64,000 nucleotides of DNA from an uncultured Acidobacteriota bacterium (GTDB taxonomy: Bacteria; Acidobacteriota; Thermoanaerobaculia; UBA5066; Gp7-AA6), in the NCBI GenBank assembly GCA_963805495.1, contig CAWDUQ010000002.1:164138-228137 (forward strand), read 5' to 3'. A program made the translations under genes and the position numbers. Shown here piece by piece: positions 9,664 to 17,990 of the stretch. Below the pieces are notes generated by a model. That model ran no database searches. It was not told the origin of the DNA and saw only the letters and a program-made list of their open reading frames with translations. Numbering within the stretch: the stretch's first letter is position 1; the number at the start of each line of letters is the position of its first letter.

Positions 9664-10678
9664 CTACGCCGCCTTGTTTCGCGTCGCGACGATCTCGGCG
9701 AGGATGGCGACTGCGATTTCCTCGGGCGATCGGCCGCCGAGCGGCAGGCCGATGGGCCCGTGGAGCCGGGCGAGCGCGGCTGCGGGGAGGCCCGCCTCCG
9801 TCAGGCGCGCCCTCCGCTTCTCCTGGGTGCGCCGGGAGCCGAGTGCCCCGACATAGAACGCGCGGCCGGGAAGGGCGGCCAGCAGCGCCGGGTCGTCGAG
9901 CTTGGGATCGTGGGTGAGGACGGCGATCGCCGTCGATCCGTCCGGCGCGATCCGCGCGAGCGCCTTGTCCGGCCAGTCGTTGACGATCTCGTCGGCATGC
10001 GGGAACCGCTTCGCGTTGCCGAAGGCCTCGCGGGGATCGACCAGGATCGTCCGGAATCCGAGCGTCTTCGCGAGCGTCACGAGCGTGACCGCGATGTGCA
10101 CGCCCCCCACGATGACCAGGCGCGGCGCCGGCAGCAGCACGTCGACGAAGAGCTCCCGGGCCTCGGTCTTCACGCGCCGGCTCGCGCCCTCCGACTGCGC
10201 CGAGCGCGCCTCGGAGAGCGCCGCCTCGTCGATCTCGCCCCGGAGGCTGCCGTCCTCGAAAATAGCGAGCTTGCGCCCGACTTCTCCCTCGGGACCGCGG
10301 ATCACCGTCGCGACCGCGACCGGCTTCTCGCCGCGGATCGCCGATTCGGACCGGAGCGAAGATCGCCGGATCGAGCGGCTCGACGAAGACGTCGAGCGAG
10401 CCCCCGCACGCCAGCCCCACGCTCCACGCCGTGTCGTCCGAGACCCCGTAGTGGAGCAGCTGCGGCTTCCCGCTCGCGAGCGTCTTCTTTCCCGCCTCGA
10501 CGACCGCGTTCTCGACGCAACCGCCCGAGACCGATCCCGCGATCCGGCCGTCGGCCGTCAGAGCCATCTTCCCGCCCGCCGGCCGGGGAGCCGAGCCCCA
10601 GGTCTCGACCACCGTCGCGATCGCGACGGTTGCTCCCTCGGCCCGCCAGCGCTCGATGTCGGAAAGGACGTCGCGCAT
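9664..10678 (-). CDS. xdhC: XdhC/CoxI-family molybdoenzyme maturation factor, interrupted by a single-base frameshift near 10,330-10,350
   Basis: N-terminal XdhC_CoxI domain (ATVVETWGSAPRPAGGKMALTADGRIAGSVSGGCVENAVV...LACGGSLDVFVEPL) in one frame. The protein continues in the +1 frame (IRGEKPVAVATVIRGPEGEVGRKLAIFEDG...LVIVGGVHIAVTLVTLAKTLGF, a Rossmann fold). Confidence 0.6.
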
Positions 10679-10763
10679 GCCGCCGGGGATTATGTCTGCG
10701 GCGGCCGGTGGAGTTCCAGCGGGAAGGGGGCGGAGGCGAGTAATGGGTTCTGAGGCCGACTCC

Positions 10764-13670
10764 TCAGAAGGACACTTTCACCGCCGCCCGGAAGACCCTC
10801 GGGTCCTGGCGGTTGGTGACCTTGCCGTACTCGAGGTTCGTCTGCTCCTGGTTTGGGTCGTAAATCGTGGCCGGGAAGTTTTCCGGAGGAAAGTCAGACC
10901 AGGTGTTGTCGCGCGCGATTGCGATCTGCTGATTGAAGACGTTGAAGAGGTACGCCTGCAGGGTCACGATCGTCGGACCGACGACGATGGGGTAGGACAA
11001 CGAGAGATTCGTTCCCCAGAGGGTTGGCAGCCGCCCGGCCGACCCTCGAGGGACGAGGAAGACGACAGCTCCATACCCCGAGTTGAAGAAGCCCATCTGG
11101 TTGAGTGGGGCGCCGGATTCCACGAACGCCTGAAGCCCGACCGAGAGGTGCCAGGGTGTGACGTAATAGCCGTCAAGCCGGAACCGGTGCGGCCGATCGA
11201 GGTACAGCGTTCCATAGGCGTTGTGCCACATTGCCGGGTAATCGAAGTCCATGTTGACGCTCGGCCAGGTCAGGCCTTCGGCGCCCTGGTTGACACCACC
11301 GTCGTAGTTGCCGCGCAGCGACGAATAGACGTAGCTCGCCTGAAGCCAGAGACTGTTGCCGACGGTCTCGCGGGCCATGACTTCGACGCCACGGTAGATG
11401 CGCCGCGCTTCGGGCGTGGCCGGGCCTGCCGCATCGCACCGATACCAGTCCGGGTCGTCAAACAGTCCGTTGCACGTGGGCGCGTCTCCACTCGCGAACT
11501 GTCCTTTCGAGCCGGGATTGATCAGGGCACATCCAAAGCCGGTCTCCACATAGTCGAAGTCGCAGCGATCCTCGAGCGCGCGGTTGAGACGGCGATACGT
11601 GCCCTTGATGCCGACGGTCAGAGACGGCGCCAGCAGACGCTCGATCCCGACCGTCAGCTCGTCCTGGGATGAAGCCCGGGCGCCTGTATCCACCGGATCG
11701 TCAAAGGCACTGGTTGCCAGAGGGACGATGTCCTCATGCCTCAGCACGTTCGGGTCCTGAACGACGCTGACCGGATCGAAGTTGAACGTCCGCAGCAACG
11801 TGTTGCCGCTGTAGACGAGAGCGGCGGCAACCGTCGGCAGCGCGTAGGAGAATCGCCCGGCAAAGGCAAGGACCTTCGTCTTGCCGTCGTTCCAGGGGTC
11901 CCACGTCACTCCGATGCGCGGCTGCCATTGGTTGTTGAAGCGCAGAACCGTCTGGCCGGTCTGGCTTCGCGTCTCCTCGCCGTCCCAGCGGAGCCCCAGG
12001 TTGATGGTCAGGCCCGGCGCGGCCCTCCAGGAGTCCTGGACGTAGGCTCCGTAGTCGAGGACCCGTGCCCCGACCGGCCTGTAGGGGATTACGGTCGGAT
12101 CGTCCAGGCTCACCGCAAAGAATTGGTGCATGAAGTATGGCTGGCCGTATTCGTTCCGAATCCAGACGAGTTGCCCTCCCGTGGCGGATCCGGCGGCGTC
12201 CGTCTTTCCATACATGTAGTCGCCTCCGGCCTTCACCTCGTGGTTGCCCGCGTAACGGGTGACGTTGGCCGCATACTGCTGGCGGGAGGACTTGCTGTGA
12301 TCACCCGAGCCGCCGATGAAGCCGTACCCTCCGGAAACGGAATGCGGCTCGTGCGGGAAGGGACATCGGTGATCTGGCAAACCACCCACGCAGGTGTCGT
12401 CCGTGTAGCGGATGAGATCGGAGGCGGTCAGTGCATTCTGATCGGCGTGGTGCGCGTACTGCAGGGTCGCGATCGCGTTCGATCCGAAGATCTGCGTCAG
12501 ACGGACGCCGAAGTCCGTACCGCCTTGCGCACGCTCCGAGTACCAGGTCGATGGCTCGAGGCTGACGGGCGGTTCGACGTCGCCCACGCCGAGGCCCTGT
12601 CGGGGGTCGGCGCCCGCGGCGCCGACCGTCGTGGAAGGATCCCCGAAGACCGTGCCGACGACCGAGGTGGAGGACGCGATATTCCAGGTGAGCTTTCCCG
12701 AGTAGAGATTGTCGGCGGAGTCGAAGGGGAACTTCGCATCCGCCGGAACATGGGTCGACGACTGGACCCGGGACAGATCGCCGTCCAGCGTGACCCGGTT
12801 GTAGGCCCCGAAGAACCACAACCGGTCCTTCAGCAAGAATCCGCCGAGGTCCGCGCCGTAGTCGTACCTTCGTCCGTCCGCCACGCGCATCGTGGCGATT
12901 CCCGAGTCGCCGGGCTTGAATTGCTTCTCGGCGGCCGTGCCCGTCGAATCGTAGTAGCCGAAGGCGTCGCCATGGACCTCGTTGCCGCCCGACTTGGTGA
13001 TGACGTTGACGACGCCACCGAGGGCCCGCCCGTACTCGGCCTGGTAGCCGCCGGTCTTGACCTCGACCTCCTGCACGAACTCGTTGTTGATGGCCTTGCC
13101 CTGGACGCCCTTGAAGACGTTGGTCGTGTTGACGCCGTCGATGATCCACTGGTTTTCGGCCGAGGTCGCGCCGTAGATCGACAGGGCGAGGGAGCGCCCC
13201 TCCGTGACGCCCCGATCGGTCGAGACGCCGGGGTTGGACTTGACGATGTCCGCGTAGTTGCGGGCCACCGGCAGGTGGTCGATGACTTCGCTCGTGTAGT
13301 TCGTGCCGGTCGTCGTCGACGACCGGTCGATGGACGGGGCCTCGCCCGACACTATGACCTCCTCGCTGGTCTCCAGCCGGAGTGTGAGGTCGGCCGCCAC
13401 GGACGCGTCGAGTGTGACCGTCAACGTCATGCTGGCCGGCCAGAATCCGGACAGACTCGCCTGGACGCGGTAGTTGCCCGGCGGGATCGCCGGAAACCGG
13501 AAGAGACCATCCGGATCCGTGACGCCGGAGCGCGTGCCCTGGAGGCTCGGACTCGTGATTTCGACGGTCACGCCCGGCAGCGGTGTGCCCGAGGGATCCG
13601 TGATCCGGCCCGAGATCTTGCCGGTCGTCTGACCGCTCGACGTTCCCGTGTCGAATGTCAGAAGACACAC
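10764..13670 (-). CDS. TonB-dependent outer-membrane receptor with an N-terminal carboxypeptidase-regulatory-like (CarboxypepD_reg) domain
   Basis: The sequence GKISGRITDPSGTPLPGVTVEITS...DGLFRFPAIPPGNYRV is a CarboxypepD_reg domain. The plug region is EEVIVSGEAPSIDR...TEGRSLALSIYGAT. A long beta-barrel follows, ending ...AAVKVSF. No canonical start codon precedes the predicted signal peptide. Confidence 0.75.
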   Translation of the reverse strand: MCLLTFDTGTSSGQTTGKISGRITDPSGTPLPGVTVEITSPSLQGTRSGVTDPDGLFRFPAIPPGNYRVQASLSGFWPASMTLTVTLDASVAADLTLRLETSEEVIVSGEAPSIDRSSTTTGTNYTSEVIDHLPVARNYADIVKSNPGVSTDRGVTEGRSLALSIYGATSAENQWIIDGVNTTNVFKGVQGKAINNEFVQEVEVKTGGYQAEYGRALGGVVNVITKSGGNEVHGDAFGYYDSTGTAAEKQFKPGDSGIATMRVADGRRYDYGADLGGFLLKDRLWFFGAYNRVTLDGDLSRVQSSTHVPADAKFPFDSADNLYSGKLTWNIASSTSVVGTVFGDPSTTVGAAGADPRQGLGVGDVEPPVSLEPSTWYSERAQGGTDFGVRLTQIFGSNAIATLQYAHHADQNALTASDLIRYTDDTCVGGLPDHRCPFPHEPHSVSGGYGFIGGSGDHSKSSRQQYAANVTRYAGNHEVKAGGDYMYGKTDAAGSATGGQLVWIRNEYGQPYFMHQFFAVSLDDPTVIPYRPVGARVLDYGAYVQDSWRAAPGLTINLGLRWDGEETRSQTGQTVLRFNNQWQPRIGVTWDPWNDGKTKVLAFAGRFSYALPTVAAALVYSGNTLLRTFNFDPVSVVQDPNVLRHEDIVPLATSAFDDPVDTGARASSQDELTVGIERLLAPSLTVGIKGTYRRLNRALEDRCDFDYVETGFGCALINPGSKGQFASGDAPTCNGLFDDPDWYRCDAAGPATPEARRIYRGVEVMARETVGNSLWLQASYVYSSLRGNYDGGVNQGAEGLTWPSVNMDFDYPAMWHNAYGTLYLDRPHRFRLDGYYVTPWHLSVGLQAFVESGAPLNQMGFFNSGYGAVVFLVPRGSAGRLPTLWGTNLSLSYPIVVGPTIVTLQAYLFNVFNQQIAIARDNTWSDFPPENFPATIYDPNQEQTNLEYGKVTNRQDPRVFRAAVKVSF

Positions 13671-13936
13671 GAGCAGCGCGAATACGCCCGCGCCCCCTCT
13701 CCGTGTCTTCAGAAGGCACTCCCGTCGCTTCCTCGATAGCGGAGCCGGGCAGCGGCGCTGGACGAACCCGCTTCAAGTGAGAACGACTATTGGGCGAGAT
13801 CTTCCGCCCGGTATCGACGAGAAGTCAATCCGGAACCGGACTGGAAGAAACGCGCCGCGGCGTCAGCCCCATGAGACCTCTTGAAGCGGGAAGAGAAGTC
13901 CCACATTAGCGAGCCTGAGCGGGCGTCGACCCGCTC

Positions 13937-16900
13937 CTATGACGCCGACCGATGCTGGAGCTCGAGCCGAATCGGATGATCGGAGTCCGCGAGGGCGAGC
14001 AGCATTGTGAGCTCCGCTTCGACGATCTGTGCATCGTCTTCGCGGCCAACACGCCGATAGAGCGTGGCGAGCTTCAGGCGGTTCCTCAGCCAATAGGCCG
14101 CCGTGTTGCCCCGGATCACGGCATAGCGTCGGTCTGAGGATTCCTCGAGGATTCGGATGGCATGGGGCACGTCACCCCGCTGCGCGAGGGCATCCGCCAG
14201 GGATTCCGCGCCGAGATAAAAGCCGGGCCTCGCTCCGCGGTCGTCGAGCTTGAGTGCCTCTTGGAGCCTCATGGCGTCTTCGAGCTCCAGAACCGCTCCG
14301 GGAAGGTCTTTTCGGGCCAGCGCGAGCTCCCCGCGCACCGTATGGAGCTCCGCCGAGTTCTCCTGCGGCTGGAGGAATCGACGAGCCTCCGATGTCAAAC
14401 CCGCCCGCGCCTGGAGGATGCTGGTCGTTTCCCGCCATGTCAGCGGAAATCCCCCTTCCGATGGCCGAGCTCCCACAAACCGCAGATGGCGGTCGAGGGC
14501 ATGGGTATCACCCTTGTTGAAACTGATCTGGGCGAGCATGTCGTTGCGGGCGACCGGGTCGGCCATCTGCTGGGCCATCCGCGAAGCCTTCTGGAGTTGG
14601 CCCAGCGTCATGTAGCCGAGAGCTGTTGCGAGGCCAAACCGATCCCTGGCAGGGCCGTTGAGCGAGTCCACCTTGGCGGCGACGCGGTCGATGTCGCTCG
14701 ACGCGGCTGCAAGGTCTCCCTTCAGCCAGTCCTCGGTGAAGGGGAGGAGGTCCAACCAGCTGACGAAGTGTGGAAAGTCTTCCGTGACTCCTGGGGTAAC
14801 GAGTTCGGCCGCTCGATCCAGATATGATCCCGCCTGAGCTCGATCGGGCACAAAGACCACGAAGTCATACCCCGCATTCCAGTTCCAGAAAAAGTTCTTC
14901 GGGTGCAAATCCGCGAGCCTGGCCTCCATCGCCGCGCTCTTGCCCAGGGCTCGTGGATCGTGCGCCCAGTCGTAGAGATTGACCAGGTTCCATGCCGCCC
15001 AGAGGTGGTCGGGATAAAGGTCGAGAAGAGCCTCGTACGCGGCGATGGCCTTGTCCTTTTGGCCGAGCAGCGCGTAGTAGCTCCCCCGGATGAAATACCG
15101 CTCCCGCTCGCTCGTCTCGTCCGCCAGTCGAAGCGCCGTTTCCGCGTAGGGCTGGAACTCTTCGAGAGGCTTGCCCTGATTGCGAAGCGTCCATGCGAGA
15201 TGGATCCAGGCCGAGGCGAACGAGGGGTCTTCGGCGACGGCCTGTCGCAGAAGCTCCTCCGCGACTGGCTGGGAGTCGCGGAGATGCCCGGGCTGCATCA
15301 AGAGGTCTGCCCGGGAGTAGAGCTGTAGCGCTCTCAGGTTGGTCGTGGTGACTCTGGCCAGTCCGGTCGCGTCGGGGTCGCCGCGGTCGGCAGTGTCACC
15401 AAGGGCCACGCGGAGACGATCCGAAATGCGCCCGATGGCTGCGAGAGTGCCGTCCGCCCCAGCGCTCTCCTCCCGGAACCCGGCCAGAGTCGATCCCTGC
15501 TTCGGGTCCACGAGTTCCACGCTCAAGAGATAGTTGGATCCGAGCTTCTCGACCCGGCCGGTCAGCAAAGCCCGAATGCCGCCGTCCCGGAGGCAGACCT
15601 CGCGCGCCAGCCCGGCATCGATCGAAGAGTCCGGAGGCTTCCGCATCAGCCGCAGCGCGTCCGCGACGCGTTCCCTCGGGACGACGTTGACGTGGCGCGA
15701 GTTGGAGAGTTCCAGTCCGAGTGCGTAGTCGAGCGTTCCGTCGAAGAGACTGTCCCCGGTGCGGTTCTCGAAACCAGCGACCAGGATCCAGTCGCGGGGC
15801 TGGAAGGGAAGGGCCTGAAGTGTCCCCGCGGAGGGTGAAGAACCGGTCCGCGAGAGCCAGGCGACGGCGCCGACCACGAGAATCGCCAGCCCGAAGCCGG
15901 CGGCAATCAACGCGGCCCGGCGAGGCTTCTCTGTTCTGCGCTGGAGGTTCTCGAGCGCCGCGAGCATGCCTCGCGCAGACTCGAATCGCTTCGGCGAATC
16001 ATGCTCGATCGCCCGACCGATCACGGCGGCGAGGGCCTTTTTCGCCGCCGGAGCCCCTTCCGCAAGATCCAACCGCTCTCCGCGCGCGTGTGCCTCGGCG
16101 ACTTCCTTGACGGTCGCTCCGCGAACCGGATACGCGCCGGTGAGGAGATGGAAAAGCAGGACGCCCGTGCTGTAGATGTCGGTCCGGACCGTTGCCTGAG
16201 CCCCCTGGAAGATTTCCGGAGCGAGATACAAGGGCGTTCCTGCCGCGTCCAGGCTCGAGCCCGGAGTCTCTTCCAGCTCCCGTCCCGTCCCGAAGTCCAT
16301 CAGAACGAGACGGCCGTCTCCCGTCTGCATGAGGTTCTGCGCCTTGATGTCCCGATGGAGCAGGCCCGCATCGTGAACCGCCGAGAGTGCCCGGCAGACT
16401 TCGATGCCGATTCGCGTCACTTCGCGGTCGTCGAATTTCCCTCGTTCTCCGAGAACCTGTTCCAGGTTCCGACCGTGAATGAACTCCATCCAGAGGCCAA
16501 CCCGGCCTTCGATCTCGTCGGCGTCATAAACGGTGACGACGTTCGGATGGCGAACCCGCGCAAGCAGGCGCGCTTCCCTGAGTACCGTGGCGCCCTCCGG
16601 TTGCTCCTTGCCCCCGTGCAGCAGCTTGACCGCCACTTCGCGGTCGAGTTTCGGATCCCGGGCCCGGTAGACTTCGCCAAAGGACCCTCTTCCGATGCGT
16701 TCGAGGATCTCCAGCCTGCCCCAGTGTTCCAGCTTTTCCTCAGGAATCGTGCACGAGTCCGATAGAAGGGGATCGCGGGCAAGACTTCGGTGAAGCTCTG
16801 CGATCCCCGCGAGGACTCTCAGCTGCTGTAGAGCCTCGCGGTCCCTCTCGTCTGCAGAGGATTCCGCAAGGGCCCAGTCGACGGATTGACCATCGAGGAC

Positions 16901-16999
16901 GGCTCCCGCGAACTCGTCCAGCGGCCGATCCTCATCGTCCACGGGCCATCTCCTCGGCCAGACGAACCAGTGCGCGCTTCGTCGCCTTGTGCGCGGCAC
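13937..16999 (-). CDS. Transmembrane Ser/Thr protein kinase with a large TPR-rich extracytoplasmic sensor domain
   Basis: Hanks kinase motifs: GRGSFGEVYRA (P-loop), VAVK, HRDIKAQNLM, DFGTG, GTPLYLAPE. A single TM helix (ALIAAGFGLAILVVGAVAWL). About 600 aa of TPR-like repeats. The N-terminus overlaps the sigma gene's end; an alternative GTG start near 16942 would reduce the overlap to about 11 nt. Confidence 0.8.
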   Translation of the reverse strand: MPRTRRRSAHWFVWPRRWPVDDEDRPLDEFAGAVLDGQSVDWALAESSADERDREALQQLRVLAGIAELHRSLARDPLLSDSCTIPEEKLEHWGRLEILERIGRGSFGEVYRARDPKLDREVAVKLLHGGKEQPEGATVLREARLLARVRHPNVVTVYDADEIEGRVGLWMEFIHGRNLEQVLGERGKFDDREVTRIGIEVCRALSAVHDAGLLHRDIKAQNLMQTGDGRLVLMDFGTGRELEETPGSSLDAAGTPLYLAPEIFQGAQATVRTDIYSTGVLLFHLLTGAYPVRGATVKEVAEAHARGERLDLAEGAPAAKKALAAVIGRAIEHDSPKRFESARGMLAALENLQRRTEKPRRAALIAAGFGLAILVVGAVAWLSRTGSSPSAGTLQALPFQPRDWILVAGFENRTGDSLFDGTLDYALGLELSNSRHVNVVPRERVADALRLMRKPPDSSIDAGLAREVCLRDGGIRALLTGRVEKLGSNYLLSVELVDPKQGSTLAGFREESAGADGTLAAIGRISDRLRVALGDTADRGDPDATGLARVTTTNLRALQLYSRADLLMQPGHLRDSQPVAEELLRQAVAEDPSFASAWIHLAWTLRNQGKPLEEFQPYAETALRLADETSERERYFIRGSYYALLGQKDKAIAAYEALLDLYPDHLWAAWNLVNLYDWAHDPRALGKSAAMEARLADLHPKNFFWNWNAGYDFVVFVPDRAQAGSYLDRAAELVTPGVTEDFPHFVSWLDLLPFTEDWLKGDLAAASSDIDRVAAKVDSLNGPARDRFGLATALGYMTLGQLQKASRMAQQMADPVARNDMLAQISFNKGDTHALDRHLRFVGARPSEGGFPLTWRETTSILQARAGLTSEARRFLQPQENSAELHTVRGELALARKDLPGAVLELEDAMRLQEALKLDDRGARPGFYLGAESLADALAQRGDVPHAIRILEESSDRRYAVIRGNTAAYWLRNRLKLATLYRRVGREDDAQIVEAELTMLLALADSDHPIRLELQHRSAS

Positions 17000-17519
17000 C
17001 CGAGGTCGGCTTCCCGAGAAGGCGGGCGAGCTCCTCGTAGGAATACCCGAGCTCGACGCGGAGGATGATCGACTCGCGTTCTACTGGCCGCAGCCGCCCG
17101 AGAGCGTCTTCGTACCGTTCGATTTCTTCCATGCCGACAGCCTTCTCGAGAGGCGACCGCGCCGGGTCGACCTCGGTCCCTTCAAGCTCTCCGTGCGCCG
17201 GCCGCCTTGCCACCCGGCGGATCTCGTCGCGTATCCGGTTCATCACCGCCTGACGGAGGTAGGCCTGCAGGGCACCCTCCCGCTCGGGTGTGAAGACGTC
17301 CATCCTGTTAAACGTCTGAAGCAGGGTTTCCTGGACAAGATCCTGAGTGTCGGCCAGATCGCGCGCCCATTTGGGCAGCCGGCCCCTTGCCCAGCGCTGC
17401 AGCCGGGGCAGGTGGCGCGCGAAGAGCAGTTCGAGCGCCGGCTTGTCTCCCTCGCGAAACCGCTGGATGAGGCGGAACGTGGATTCGGCCTCGCCGCCGG
17501 GAGCGGGTTCGGGGGACAC
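16932..17519 (-). CDS. ECF (extracytoplasmic function) RNA polymerase sigma-70 factor
   Basis: Region 2 (LVQETLLQTFNRMDVF...YLRQAVMNRIRDEIRR) and region 4 (ESIILRVELGYSYEELARLLGKPTSGAAHKATKRALVRL). GTG start. No anti-sigma factor gene adjacent; a Ser/Thr kinase takes its place. Confidence 0.8.
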   Translation of the reverse strand: MSPEPAPGGEAESTFRLIQRFREGDKPALELLFARHLPRLQRWARGRLPKWARDLADTQDLVQETLLQTFNRMDVFTPEREGALQAYLRQAVMNRIRDEIRRVARRPAHGELEGTEVDPARSPLEKAVGMEEIERYEDALGRLRPVERESIILRVELGYSYEELARLLGKPTSGAAHKATKRALVRLAEEMARGR

Positions 17520-17990
17520 GGTTAGCGCCTAGTCTATTCCGCAGGCCACCCACCCACGGGTTTCCGCGGATTTTGAGCGATTTCGCGTCGAGAAAGCCTG
17601 CCGCGGTCGTTACTTGAGAAAAGGGCATGGTTGTGTACGCGACGCCGTCCAAGTCAGAGACCTGTTGCGAAACGCGGCTGGTCGAGAATCTGACACCTTC
17701 GTCGCTCGCCTGGCGCACGTCGCTCGCGTTTTTGCCGACAAGCGCTGCAGCGACTGGCTGCGGGAACTCGCGGCGAGAAACCTCCAGATCGTGACGATGC
17801 CGTCAGGCGGGGCGGGTATGGGGAGAGCCGGACGGCTTCTTGCCCTGCTCCGACAAAACATGCAAAAGGACCGAGGTGCCGAACCCTACCTACCCAGTCT
17901 AGCGAGGGTGCCCAGCCTCTGGATCGCCAGATCGCCTGCGTCACCAGAATCGCCAAGCCTACCGATGCGCCGACTGCCCGAGGAGGACAC

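Noticed and set aside
17520-17990. Looked for an rRNA, tRNA or small-RNA gene in the largest intergenic region
   Set aside because: No cloverleaf-compatible structure or rRNA-like conserved stretch was recognised. The region is best explained as divergent promoters for the ECF sigma operon and the giant gene, and it ends in a strong SD (GAGGAGG).
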